Positions 52,472 to 64,000 are shown, counted from the first letter of the stretch. The stretch: DNA of 64,000 nucleotides from Octopus sinensis (GCF_006345805.1 NC_042998.1:84816001-84880000); one strand, 5' to 3'. Notes: generated by a model from the sequence alone, not told the origin. Translations and numbers: made by a program.

Positions 52472-53792
52472 GTCTATTTTGTGAGTTTGGAACGCAAGTG
52501 GTGTCCAGGTTTGAACATCAAATCTCAGTTCTAGTTTCATCTTATCTTTTAGTTCAAGCCATCAAATTCAGTAAAAAAAAATAAGTATCAAGTATGTGTG
52601 ATCAATAAACTTTCAGACTTTCATTCAATATTTTATAAAATAATTTCTCTTCTCCGTCTTATACTGTTGAATATGCACTAACTTTACAATTATTAAGCCT
52701 TATATTCTAATAATTCAGTCTTCTAGCCAATTATATTGTCTTTGCATCATCAATCCTGCGGTTATTTTAAAAATGGCATAACTGAGTGAATATTGTAATA
52801 ACCTACTGGCTTAAAAGTTTTACGTGCTAATCCACTGTAGACATTCTGTTGTGTATATGATCAATTCATTCAGTTTTATGCATCAACGCTCCTTCATACT
52901 AGATGTTTTGCAAACAATTTGCTCATGCAAGCACTACCAGTTGAAAGCTCTGCATACCGGAAGCTAGCAAGTGTATGGGGTCATCAGGAGAGAATGCGTA
53001 CTGCTTGGAGCCTACCTCTTGATGGCATCATTGCGCACAGGACCCCACCACACATACACACTATTATGAGACCCTGCTTGCTAGATCAATATTATAATCA
53101 TATCAATAATAATAATAATAATTTCTACTATAGGCACAAGGCCTGAAATTTTTTTGGTGGGGAGTGGTGCTAGTTAATTACATCAATTCTAATGCAAAAC
53201 TGCTACTTATTTCTGAAAGGATGAAAAGCAAAGTTGAACTCAGAACATAAAAGATGGTTGAAATATCACTAAGCATTTTGCCCAGTATGCTAACAATTCT
53301 GCCAGCTCATCACCTTATAATGATAATAATGGCAAATGGTCACTGAAGTTCAACCCAGATCTGCCGGCTGGTTATATGTTTGCATATTCATGGTTGCTAA
53401 ATACTTGTATTATTTCTAGATACCTAATAATCATTGTTTGGATCTGCTCGAGTAAAACTGACCAGAGTTATTCCACATTATCAACTACAAAAATAAAGTT
53501 ATTCTGTCTTTATCTTGAACAGAATATGAAATATTAACTATGCGTTAACAGCTTCACATTTGCTATCCCCTCTCAGACCAAATTAGAGGTCTTGCTCTTC
53601 CTATTTTGTGTAAGAAGGAGGTACTGTTAAATCAAGTGTCTATCTACTGTCAGCTTCCAGTCCACAAGGATCTCAGCAAGAGCACTTGGCTGATGCACAG
53701 ACCATAGTGTAGAATACAATTGTAGGAGCAGCAAATAAAGGAAGGTGTGTGAGCAAGAAAAGGTGAGCCAGAGCAAAGAATCACATCAACAT

Positions 53793-54180
53793 ACTCTTTA
53801 CTCTTTTACTTGTTTCAGTCATTTGACTGTGTCCATGCTGGAGCACTGCCTTTAGTCGAGAAAATTGACCTCAGAGCTAATTTTTTTGTAAGCCTAGTAC
53901 TTATTCTCTCGGTCTCTTTTGCCAAACTGCTAAGTTACAGGGATGTAAACACACCACCATCGGTTGTCAAGTGATGTTGGTGGGGACAAACACAGACACA
54001 CATACATATACATATACGACAGGCTTCTTCCAGTTTCCGTCTACCAAATCCACTCACAAGGCTTTGGTCGGCCTGAGGCTATAGTAGAAGACACTTGCCC
54101 GAGGTGCCACGCAGTGGGACTGAACCTGGGACCATGTGGTTGGTAAGTAAGTTACTTACCACACAGCCACTCCTGTGCCT
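53793..54180 (-). mobile_element. tRNA-derived SINE, full length
   Basis: Colinear with 11261-11669 and 55421-55810. Confidence 0.85.
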
Positions 54181-54471
54181 GCATTCCTTTTTATTTTTCT
54201 TACTTTATGAAACATAATGTGAAGGCATGTGACTTAGTGACTAAGATGTTGCACTTGCGATCGAGGTTCTGATTCCAAGATTGGATGGTGCATTGTGTTC
54301 ATGATCAAAAACACTTCATTTCACATTGATCCAGTTCACTTAGCTGTAAATGAATTCCAACAAGAATTTAGAAAGTTAACTCTGTAACAACCTGGCAGCT
54401 GATTCAGTGGTGAGTATTGTGATCCCAGTTACTTATATACTATGAAAACTAGTGGTGGGGAGGGTCACTAC

Positions 54472-54766
54472 CAGAGGTGTAGCTTGATTCGAAGGTAAGA
54501 GGGAGCAGGCACATAAAGAAAAGGCACCATGACACATACTAAACAATTTTCAAATTACATAAAATGTTTCATTAGTTATAAAATGCATGAGTGTATTCTA
54601 TATTCATTAATTTTATGTTCTAGCAACAATGTCATTATGTCATTACAACTACTGATAAAGGTAACTAAAGAATTTTTTTTTTTAAATCATTGAAATGACG
54701 CCAATTTTGAAAAATGTGCTTGGTTGGAGCAGTACTTCCCTTGCTCCTCTATTGGCTATGCCACTA
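54472..54766. mobile_element. hAT-type MITE
   Basis: TIR-like CAGAGGTGTAGC / GCTATGCCACTA; candidate 8-bp TSD GTCACTAC (54464-71) / GTTACTAC (54767-74). Confidence 0.6.
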
Positions 54767-55420
54767 GTTACTACACATATATTTACAGGGAGATTTGGCT
54801 CCTTTTTCTAGCAGAGTGATTCCCTGTCCATGGTGGATAATTTAGATGACTCTGCTATCAATAAATGAAGTATAAACCTGAATTTAAAAAAAAAAATAAG
54901 AACCGAGGGGAAAAAAAAAACTGCAGCTTTTCTCACAGTAATTCTTTTTCTTCTTTTTCTTAATATCTATATTACTTGAAATATGTGTATAAAAGTAGGT
55001 CAGTTCTTCAATCTGTAATGGATGACTTCACACATTTGCTGACTGATCAGTGTTTTGAGTTCAGTCACGAAATGTGAATCACTCAGAGATCATATACCTT
55101 ATTAAGACCATTATTTTATCTCATACATGCACATACATGCATATGTGTGTAAATAGATGTTGCTTGTCTCCATTTGGCAAAAAAATAATAACACAGGCTT
55201 GTACATGTATGCATATATGTGTAGATTGCTAGCCACTACACATTCTTTATTTTCTCTCCTTGTTTCTTTCTGTGTTCCTTTCTGTGGAAGAGTGTAGGCT
55301 TGTAACATTAAAGACTTTTTCACTCCCCAAGCATTAAACTAATACATCTGTTTGTTGTCTACACCACCTGTCTTCGTCTTTTGTTTTTTTGTGAATTCTC
55401 CATATATATATATATTATTA

Positions 55421-55810
55421 TTTTATTTGTTTCAGTCATTTGACTGCAGCCCTGCTGGAGCACAATCTTTGGTCGAAGAAATTGACCCCAGGACTTATTC
55501 TTTGTAAGCTTAGTTCTTATTCTATTAGTCTTTTTGCCGAACCGCTAAGTTACAGGGACGTAAACACACCAACATTGGTTGTCAAGCAATGGTAGGAGAC
55601 AAACACAGGCACACAAACATACATCCCCCCCCCACACACACACACATGACGGGCTTTTTTCAGTTTCCCTCTGCCAAATCCACTCATAAGGCTTTAGTCA
55701 GCCCGAGGCTATAGTAGAAAACACTTGCCCAAGGTGTCACACAGTGCGACTGAACCCGGAACCATGTGGTTGGTAAGCAAGTTACTTACCACACAGCTAC
55801 TCCTGTGCCT
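55421..55810 (-). mobile_element. tRNA-derived SINE, full length
   Basis: Colinear with 53793-54180. Confidence 0.85.
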
Positions 55811-55815
55811 GTATA

Positions 55816-55886
<71 letters not shown>

Positions 55887-57860
55887 ATGGACTCTCCCAT
55901 TGAAGATGACTTATAAGCATTCAGTTTTTACTGAACAACCTGCACAAATAATTTGTTTATACTTGTAAGAATTATACATTTCAAATATCATTCGATCTCT
56001 GTGGCTTTCTCACTAGAAGGGGGGTAGTGTAAGAATTAGCACTTCCTTCTCTAAGCTTGGATTCGAAATCAAATCCAAGAATCATTGGTCGGCAAATACC
56101 AATGCACAAAAAGGCGCCAAATCAGAATCTCTTTGTTCTGACAAAAAATGATGGATCGTCTCCCCCTTCGACCTCTGACCTGAGCCGGTCAGGCGAAGTT
56201 TAACGGAACGACCAGCGACCTATTTTAACGATAACTCTCTTGCGATATATCTATTTTTCTGGCTATTTGAGATTTTATAAATAGAACGGAGAAATAGGTA
56301 TCTGCAGAGAACCAGAACCAACGCTTAAATGAACGCCACGCATTTATGGAGATGACGAGAGAATATTCATAAAGGTGATTGTCCTGCATGATTTACTCAC
56401 ACACACACACACACCATCAAACATATTCTTCTTTAATATGTACCATGTATTATGCATTCTTTAATATGTATTATTTGCAAGCATTACTTAATATACATTT
56501 TGTACAAGCGATGTGTAGCATTGCTTACAAATTGATGTAGTGAAAATAAATCTTTAATTTATTACAAAACAACTTATGTATTTATTAATACATCCACGCA
56601 TCCACTACATACTGATCAAATGTTCAACACATTAGTTCACTCTCACTCCATCAAATCAATGTTGTCTGAACAGGTGCACTGTGTACCATGCATTGGGTGT
56701 CGAAGTAATTGAAGAGCAACATGAGATGAAATGTTTTGCTCAAGAACTCAATATACCATCCAGTCTAAGATTTGAAATCATGATATATATATATATATAT
56801 ATATGTTATCCAAGATGTACAGTATTATAATACCCATTACAGCTGATCTCTTACTAATTGGTTCCATATTAGGGATTTAATGTAAAAATGTAATGTAAAA
56901 AAAAAAAATGTAAACAGGTTTGACCTTTTACTGACCATTAACGTCCTTTGTCTCCACCATCTGCCCTATCTATTTATAGACTCAAAGAACATGAATTCTT
57001 TAACCAACCATTCTCCCACACAATGGAGTGTTGATGGTGGCTGTGGCTACACATAAAACAAGGTCATTGATGATGGTGATGGTGGTGAAGGTGATAGTAT
57101 TAACAATAATAACTGACAGATCCCGTCTTTTTCCCTTTCTTTTCGTTTCCTTCTCTGTATTTTATTCTCATTATTTCGGACCAATACATACAGAGTGAGC
57201 CTTGAAGAAAGGAAGAGGAGGAAAAAGAGGAGAAGAAAAAAAAAAAAAAAAAAAATAAATAAATAAAAAAAATAAAATAAAATAAAATGTTCGGAGATAA
57301 AACTATCAACAAAAATACAGACGAATATAGATCAGCTAGTCTTAAAAAGCTGCGCTATGAGCAATGCTTAAAACCCTCAGCCCTCCCTCCAACGTATAAT
57401 TTACTTTAAAAAGTAATACTTTAAAAGGAAATAACGTGAGAAATAAAAAAAAAAAAGAAGAAATTAATAATCTAAATTAACGATAGTCAAAAACATGTGC
57501 CTTCTCGCACATAAACACATTATTCACACATATACAAACATGCGCAGATGCAATTATTGAAGTACTAAATGGCACGTCAAATGATATTTAATCGTGTGGA
57601 ACATTTTGCATACATATCAATATTCTAAAGTTGGACATACTATCCCTTATCCTAAAGCTGCTTCAGACAATTAGGAAGGGTTCCCGACTCGTTGCACCGT
57701 CTGCTTTCAATCTTGGATTGTGATTCGGCTCAGCCCAAACTCTCTCAGATTTTGTCTGCTGTTGCCTACTCCTACAAGGATTGCACCTGTTTTTTGTTCC
57801 TGATTTAACTCCGATTTGTCCTAGAGCCCATAGAAGATTGTTTTTAGTCAACCATCCATC

Positions 57861-59246
57861 ATGTCAGCTACCTACGGATCGAAACTGAGATCTGCAAGAA
57901 GGGCTTCTCATCAAGATGATGGTCCTACCAATAGTCAGCTCAACGAGCAGTTGCTGTTGCTCAAACAAGAGGTCGAGCACCTAAAGTCTGTTGTTGCTCT
58001 CTTACTGAATAAACAGTCTCCTGTTGACGCAGAGTCACCCTTGATTTCTCCCCTGGAGACGTCCAAACCGAAGGGAACAAGATCGAAGCGGCCAAAGAAG
58101 GCGAAGGAACCGGCGGTCGTTTCTGCACAGGATCGTTCCTGTGTGGATTCTTCCCCATCTGCCTTTTCGGTCCTGGAGGTTCCCCAACCGAATTTGAGGA
58201 GCGTAGACTCAAACCCACCTGAAGACCGTTGTTCTCCCCAAAAGAAGAAACGTCGTCAAAACTCCAGTGGGGCGGATTTAGCTATGAAACCTGACCACGA
58301 TAAACGGTCTCCTGTTGACGCAGAGTCACCCTTGATTTCTTCCCTGGAGATGTCCAAACCGAAGGGAACAAAATCGAAGCGGCCAAAGAAGGCGAGGGAA
58401 CCGGCGGTCGTTTCTGCACATGATCATTCCCGTGCGGATTCTTCCTCATCTGCCTTTTCGGTCCCGGAGGTTCCCCAACCTAATTTGAGGAGCGTAGACT
58501 CAAACCCACCTGAAGACCGTTGTTCTCCCCAAAAGAAGAAACATAGTCAAAACTCCAAAGGGGCAGATTTGGCTATGAAACCTGATCACGATGAAATCCA
58601 TTTGGATTCTCCCTCACCTGTCCTTCCCATTAATGCCATTGCTCAACCAATTCTGAACGATCTCGATGTGAGTTCATCTGGGGAGTGGCGCTCCCCCAAA
58701 CCAAAGAAGAGGCAGTGCAGTTCCAAACCAGGCGGGAAAATTATGACCACTAAACCCATTCCGATCGACCCCACAGGCCGACATAAATCCGATGGCTATG
58801 AAACCACCCTTTCGAAATCCTCCAATGAAGAATCGAATGCCACAGCTCATAGTAGAGAACATTTTGCCCACTCAAGATCAGCAATAATTTACGGTAAAGC
58901 TGAATCCACCCGTGATACAGGCATAAACCGCCTAAAAGATGACATAAATTTTGTTTCCATTTTGGTTGGAGAATTGTTCTCCGTGAACGAAAAGGTCAGT
59001 GTCCTTAAGGTCGCTCGGCTAGGAAGATTCCAAGCGAACCCAACCGCAGATACTAGACCACGCCCAATAAGGGTAATCTTTTCTTCTGATCGGGAGGCTT
59101 CAGTCTTTCTGAACAGAGCTCAGACGCATGCCTGGGAGGACCCCAATATGGGTTTTCGCGAGGAATACTCACTAAGAGAGAGAATTCGCCGGAGAAACCT
59201 GATATCCGAACTAAAGATGAGGAAACAAATGGGAGAGAAGGGTTGA
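57861..59246 (+). CDS. LINE ORF1 protein (coiled coil, duplicated basic/Ser-Pro region, RRM-like C-terminal domain)
   Basis: 461 aa. Heptad-like LNEQLLLLKQEVEHLKSVV; C-terminal AIIYG..ARLG..RPRPIRVIF..ERIRRRNLISELK pattern typical of CR1/L2 ORF1. The frame continues past the TGA to 59321. Confidence 0.85.
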   Translation: MSATYGSKLRSARRASHQDDGPTNSQLNEQLLLLKQEVEHLKSVVALLLNKQSPVDAESPLISPLETSKPKGTRSKRPKKAKEPAVVSAQDRSCVDSSPSAFSVLEVPQPNLRSVDSNPPEDRCSPQKKKRRQNSSGADLAMKPDHDKRSPVDAESPLISSLEMSKPKGTKSKRPKKAREPAVVSAHDHSRADSSSSAFSVPEVPQPNLRSVDSNPPEDRCSPQKKKHSQNSKGADLAMKPDHDEIHLDSPSPVLPINAIAQPILNDLDVSSSGEWRSPKPKKRQCSSKPGGKIMTTKPIPIDPTGRHKSDGYETTLSKSSNEESNATAHSREHFAHSRSAIIYGKAESTRDTGINRLKDDINFVSILVGELFSVNEKVSVLKVARLGRFQANPTADTRPRPIRVIFSSDREASVFLNRAQTHAWEDPNMGFREEYSLRERIRRRNLISELKMRKQMGEKG

Positions 59247-62206
59247 CAAATCCAAGATGGACAGATAATCAAGTCCTACCTCTGGTCCCATGCTGTAGTC
59301 CTGACAGGGAAAGTGATGTGAGGGCAAATCGAAGAGAAGTTGATACCCCCGTCAACGATGCTATCTCTGATACCCCTTATTCTGCTTGCTCCCCAACTCC
59401 CGCCCCTCAGACTTCACAGCTCAGCATCGTCTACACCAACTCGTGCTCCTTATTCCCAAAGTTAGGTGAACTATTTACACTGGCCATACATGACTCCCCT
59501 GATGTGATAGCTATCACCGAGACTTGGCTGACTCCAGCAGTAAAGGACTCAGAAATCCACCTGCAGGGCTACGTCCTTTTCAGATGTGACAGAGGAAAAA
59601 GGCGAGGTGGAGGTGTTGCTGTGTATGTTAAGTCTGAGCACAAACCGTCCAGCGGTATTCTACCCACTAATGCTCAGCCTACGACAAAATTCGATGCCGT
59701 CTATTGCAAGCTGAGCCTATCTGAGTTTTGCCTGCCCGTGTTGGCTGTCTACAGGCCACCTCTTGCCAACCCCCAGGACGATGCTCATCTACTCGAAGCG
59801 ATAAGATTCGTTTCAGCTTCGCATGACTGTTTGGTACTAGGAGACTTCAACGCTCCCACGATCGATTGGCCCGCATCAATTTGTACAACATCTTCCCGGT
59901 TCGGCCAGGCCCTTCTTGACATGGCTGAAGATTGTTTTCTATCGCAACATGTTGAATATCCGACAAGGCATCGGTCTGGGCAGCAGCCATCTATGCTAGA
60001 TCTGGTATTCTCCTGCTATCCAAGATCAGTGTCAGACATATCTGTGTGCGCCCCTCTTGCCAAGAGTGATCATGCGGTCCTGAAGTTCATCATGCACACA
60101 ACTTTTTCTATGCCCACGACTACTTCGCTGCCACGTAGAGTCTTCTCTGCAATTAATCTTGAAATTCTAACCGAGGCTTCCGCGCTTCTGGACTGGCAAT
60201 CCCTGATGACGTTGTCCTCAGTTGACGAACTATGGTCATCCCTCAAAGCATATGTAATCTGTTTGACTGACCTGGCAGTTCCCGTTGGGCTTCCCAAGAG
60301 GAAGAAACACAAGCCCTGGGTGACGAAGAGGGTTAAACGAGAACGTCGACTCAGAGATATTGCTTGGGCTGAATTCAAAAATCTGGATTCAACTGCAGCT
60401 TTTGAGGTGTACAAAACTCAACGAAACCGAGCCGTGAAAATTGAAAAGAAAGAACGCTTCAGTTACGAATACAAAATCGCGGCAAATGCCAGTAGCAATC
60501 CAAAAACCTTCTTTGTCCATGTCCAGCGGAATTCCCGCTTGAACAACCAGATTGCAACGTTGGTAGACTCAACAGGCGTATCGATTGAGGACCCTTATCA
60601 ACAGAGTCAATTATTTGCCGAGGCTTTTTCAACTATTTTCAAACAAGATGATGGTCGTGAACCCCCTCCATTTGATAGATCGGTACCTCCAATGCTTCGA
60701 TTGGTCATCACGCGGGACGAAGTCAAACGTGTTATTCAAGGCCTCGATGTCAACAAAGGTCACGGCCCTGACGGCATACACCCACGGGTTATCAAAGCGT
60801 TGGCTCCGGTCATCTGCGAGCCCTTAACACGACTATTCAATATGTCATTGGCGACGGGTGTTATACCTGCAGACTGGAGAACAGCGATAATCTGCCCAAT
60901 TTTCAAGAAAGGGAGCCGCGAAGACCCGCTTAACTACCGACCGGTTTCCCTTACATCAATTATCAGCCAGATGTTCGAAACCATCCTTAAGAAAAGTATG
61001 ATGCTCCACCTCCTAAACACAGCCTCTATCTCTGATTCCCAACACGGCTTCGTGCCGAAGAGATCATGCTTGACCAACCTACTAGTAATGGAAGAATTGG
61101 TGACGCGCATCCTCGATGATAGTGATGCTGTTGACATCGTTTTACTGGACTTTGCCAAAGCTTTTGACTCGGTAAACCACCGCCTATTGCTTGTCAAGCT
61201 TCAAGCATATAGTTTCCATCCGGATATTGTACGATGGGTTGGTGCCTTCCTCTCAGATCGCTCCTTCCAAGTCCAAGTTAATGGTTCGCGGTCCGACGTC
61301 TCCAGTGCGAGCAGTGGTGTGCCTCAAGGTTCAGTGCTTGGGCCCTTGTTGTTCTTAGTCTTCATAAATGACTTGCCCGACGACCTCACGCAACACACCC
61401 TTCTATTTGCCGACGATATCAAACTGGTCGCTCCTCGCAGTAATATAGAGGATCTTCGTCGATGCCTCCACCAAATTTGGAAGTGGTCTAACAATTGGGA
61501 CCTGTGTCTGAACGTGTCAAAGTGCTGTCATCTGCCTGTCGGCTCTACTCCTGCAACTCAACTTGATTTCGAGCCGGGTCGTCTGCTGCTGGAGAGGACC
61601 GATCAGGTAAAGGACCTAGGTATCTTGGTGGATTCCTCCTTTTCGCCTTCGGCCCAGTGCGTCCATGCTGCCAACAAAGCACGCGGAATTCTGTTCTTGA
61701 TTCGACGGTCATTCAGAATGCTCACAGCAGCCATATTCTTACCACTCTATGTCACGCTGGTGAGACCCATATTGGAGTATGGGATTCAAGCCTCTTCTCC
61801 TTATCTCCTCAAAGACATACAGCATCTCGAAAGAGTCCAGAAGCTGGCTACCCGCATGGTTCATGGTCTCAAAAATTTGTCCTACGAAGAAAGGCTGAGG
61901 ACGCTCGACCTTTATTCTCTTGAAAAACGCCGCCGCCGTGGTGATCTCATTCTCGCCCACAACATCATAAGCGGAAAGTGTAACCTCTCGAAAGAGCTGT
62001 TCTTCACTCCTGCTCCAGAGCGTCGGCTGCGGGGTCATTCCGAAAAGCTCTACCTGCGACAATTTCATCTCAACCGAAGGAGAGGTGCTTTCTCTGTCCG
62101 GGTTGCGGATCCGTGGAACAAGCTGCCAGACGAGATGGTGAAGATGCCGGCGACCGCTTTGTTCAAAGCCTCCCTTGACCTCAAGTGGCCCGAACTCTTT
62201 ACATGA
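59243..62206 (+). CDS. LINE ORF2: APE endonuclease plus reverse transcriptase
   Basis: 987 uninterrupted codons. EN motifs YTN, ITETW, YRPP, GDFN, LDLVF, SDH; RT motifs NYRPVSLTS, LDFAKAFDSV, GVPQGSVLGP, FADD; CR1-type C-terminus RGHSEKL..FSVRVADPWNKLP. Confidence 0.95.
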   Translation: MTNPRWTDNQVLPLVPCCSPDRESDVRANRREVDTPVNDAISDTPYSACSPTPAPQTSQLSIVYTNSCSLFPKLGELFTLAIHDSPDVIAITETWLTPAVKDSEIHLQGYVLFRCDRGKRRGGGVAVYVKSEHKPSSGILPTNAQPTTKFDAVYCKLSLSEFCLPVLAVYRPPLANPQDDAHLLEAIRFVSASHDCLVLGDFNAPTIDWPASICTTSSRFGQALLDMAEDCFLSQHVEYPTRHRSGQQPSMLDLVFSCYPRSVSDISVCAPLAKSDHAVLKFIMHTTFSMPTTTSLPRRVFSAINLEILTEASALLDWQSLMTLSSVDELWSSLKAYVICLTDLAVPVGLPKRKKHKPWVTKRVKRERRLRDIAWAEFKNLDSTAAFEVYKTQRNRAVKIEKKERFSYEYKIAANASSNPKTFFVHVQRNSRLNNQIATLVDSTGVSIEDPYQQSQLFAEAFSTIFKQDDGREPPPFDRSVPPMLRLVITRDEVKRVIQGLDVNKGHGPDGIHPRVIKALAPVICEPLTRLFNMSLATGVIPADWRTAIICPIFKKGSREDPLNYRPVSLTSIISQMFETILKKSMMLHLLNTASISDSQHGFVPKRSCLTNLLVMEELVTRILDDSDAVDIVLLDFAKAFDSVNHRLLLVKLQAYSFHPDIVRWVGAFLSDRSFQVQVNGSRSDVSSASSGVPQGSVLGPLLFLVFINDLPDDLTQHTLLFADDIKLVAPRSNIEDLRRCLHQIWKWSNNWDLCLNVSKCCHLPVGSTPATQLDFEPGRLLLERTDQVKDLGILVDSSFSPSAQCVHAANKARGILFLIRRSFRMLTAAIFLPLYVTLVRPILEYGIQASSPYLLKDIQHLERVQKLATRMVHGLKNLSYEERLRTLDLYSLEKRRRRGDLILAHNIISGKCNLSKELFFTPAPERRLRGHSEKLYLRQFHLNRRRGAFSVRVADPWNKLPDEMVKMPATALFKASLDLKWPELFT

Positions 62207-62699
62207 ACACCACCCTGTACTTAACTCCATGTCCCCCTACATGGCTTTGCTATTTGCTTTTGAGCCAAATTAACTAACTAACTAACTAACTAATGGAGTG
62301 TTAGGTAATAATCCAATTATGTAACCCTGTACTCATCAGAGGTAGCTGTTATGGAATGAAATATGGCAATGTTGGAGGTGAATAGACACATCCGGTTTAC
62401 TGTTGCTGTGAAATAGATGATGAAACAAAATGAGTAGGGGATTGAGTTCAGAGTTATGTCCCTTACTACCAAAACATTGCCCCTGAGGTGGTTATGTTGC
62501 AAGTTGGTAAGAATTCTCTGAAAAGTCTGTGGGAAATGTGTGTGTCCTTAAGGTTGGTGTTCTTGTGGAAATGGAATTTGTATAGTGGTATTATATCTAT
62601 AAGTTTTGTAGTGGATGTGGGCATGCACATCTGTGTTCTATTATCATTTTAACATCCACTCTCCGATGCTATGTTGCATGGTTGTGAAACATGAGCTTT

Positions 62700-63060
62700 G
62701 ACTTCAAGGGACTTGCAAAGGCATGAAAAAAATGAAGCTAGCATGCTCTGCTGGATGGGTAATGTCAGTCTGCTGGATGGGTAATATGACAGTGTGAGTG
62801 ATTTTAGAGAAAAACTGGGTGCAAGAGGCATCAGGTGTTGTGTGCAAGAGAGAAAACTGTGCTGGTTTGGTCATGTGATGCATATGGATGAGGACAGCTG
62901 CATAAAAAAGGGTACCTGTGGAAGGGATAGATCCATGAAGATGTGGGATGTAATGCTGAGAAGGGATCTTTGGAAGCTTGGGCCTCACTGAGGAAATGTC
63001 AAGGGACTGGGAGGTGTAGGGATTTGCTGTACTTGATAAGATGCATCAAGCTAAGTAAAA
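62700..63060 (+). mobile_element. Decayed RTE-clade LINE 3' ORF fragment
   Basis: NEASMLCWM..REKLGARGIRCCVQERKLCWFGHVMHMDEDSCIKK..WDVMLRRDL. Confidence 0.75.
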
Positions 63061-63379
63061 TCATTGTCTTCCACACATCCAAGCTTCTCCTTTCAGGTGG
63101 TGGTGCCACTTAAAAAGCACTCATGGTGAAGCTGTGTTAACACACCTGTGCAGGTAGCACATAAAATGCACCCAGCACACTTTGTTAAGTGGCTGGCATT
63201 TGGAAGGGCATCTCACCATAGAAACCATACCACAACAGCCAGGTGGAGTCCGGACAGCTTCATACCAGCATGGAAAGCAAATGCTAAACAATGATGATGA
63301 TAATGATGATGATATATAATGATATATATAATTATGATATATTGTTACATCATTCAAAGCTTAGGTAAACTTTGTCACC

Positions 63380-63535
63380 CACTCACTCACTCTCTTTCTT
63401 TCTCTCTCTCTTTCTCTCTCTCTCTTTTGCTCTCGCTCTCTCTCTCTCTCTCTCTCTCTTGCTCTCTCTCTCTTGCTCTCTCTCTCTCTCTCTCTCCCTA
63501 TCTTTCTCTCTCTGTTGCTCTCTCTCTCTCTCCAC
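63380..63535. repeat. (CT)n microsatellite
   Basis: Long interrupted CT tract. Confidence 0.95.
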
Positions 63536-64000
63536 ACAAAAATGGAACTCATTTTGGCACCAAAACTTGTAAAGGGAAAATGATTTAGCTTTTCGAATCT
63601 ATTCTGCAATCTGGGATTATTATATATATTATATCCAGTGATTTTAAGAGGTAGGAAAAAGATATTTTTGTTTTAACATTACTTCATTTCACATGCAAAA
63701 ACTCTAACGTGTATTTTTTAGATGAATTTATCGTTTGTTATCTCTCTACACACTTCGTTACCACTAACTTCTATAACCTCTGCATTTTCACTTATTCATT
63801 TCAAACGTCTTTGAATTTTCAATCTAATGTAATCCACACTCTCTTGAAAACATATTTCTGCAAAATGTTATCTAAAATTATGGATAAAGAAAGAAATAGC
63901 AAAAATTATTTGAAAATGGGGGTGGGGGTGAGATTTCCAAGGGTTCCACCCCTTCCTATCCCATTTTCTGAACCCAAACAAGGGTTTTGTAGCATACTAC

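Larger units (their letters stand above)
57630..62293 (+). mobile_element. Full-length young CR1-clade LINE
   Basis: Sharp rise in GC and CpG; ORF1 plus ORF2; 3' UTR stem-loop CCATGT/ACATGG (62227-44); (TAAC)5 tail at 62271-90. The 5' boundary is approximate and no TSD was found. Confidence 0.92.

Noticed and set aside
57961-62230. Antisense and alternate-frame ORFs within the CR1 element (e.g. 61739-62230, 60070-60414)
   Set aside because: These are expected shadows of a GC-rich coding region, with no independent motifs.
62333-62339. Minus-strand CTGATGA next to the LINE tail, perhaps half of a hammerhead split by the insertion
   Set aside because: No matching stem II/GAAA half was found on the other side of the LINE.
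63319-63609. Leu/Ser- and Arg/Glu-rich ORFs
   Set aside because: They are translations of the (CT)n microsatellite.

Overview
AT-rich, microsatellite- and transposon-dense eukaryotic DNA. The SINE families look like those of an octopod cephalopod (recognition, not a database result). One host gene is supported: the 3' part of an R3-subtype receptor tyrosine phosphatase (Ptp10D/PTPRB-like) on the + strand. Seven exons (4346-41059) splice into one open 891-nt frame with all catalytic motifs intact, and a 23-kb last intron precedes a 32-nt terminal coding exon (DDEGIHVDST*). The rest is mobile DNA: an apparently intact CR1-clade LINE (about 57.6-62.3 kb), a decayed Ty3/Gypsy element with two LTRs (49217-52471), a deleted mariner, hAT MITEs, Helitron-like elements, RTE/R4-like/CR1 relics, many tRNA-derived SINEs, several long palindromes and a near-perfect 1136-bp tandem duplication. 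The best leads are: (i) a tRNA-headed element carrying a Penelope-type hammerhead ribozyme motif, plus a second hammerhead-bearing element; (ii) a candidate 28-nt stop-containing micro-exon in the phosphatase's last intron; (iii) an odd ORF1/ORF2 junction and a 97-aa ORF1 duplication in the young LINE. All alignments were done by eye.
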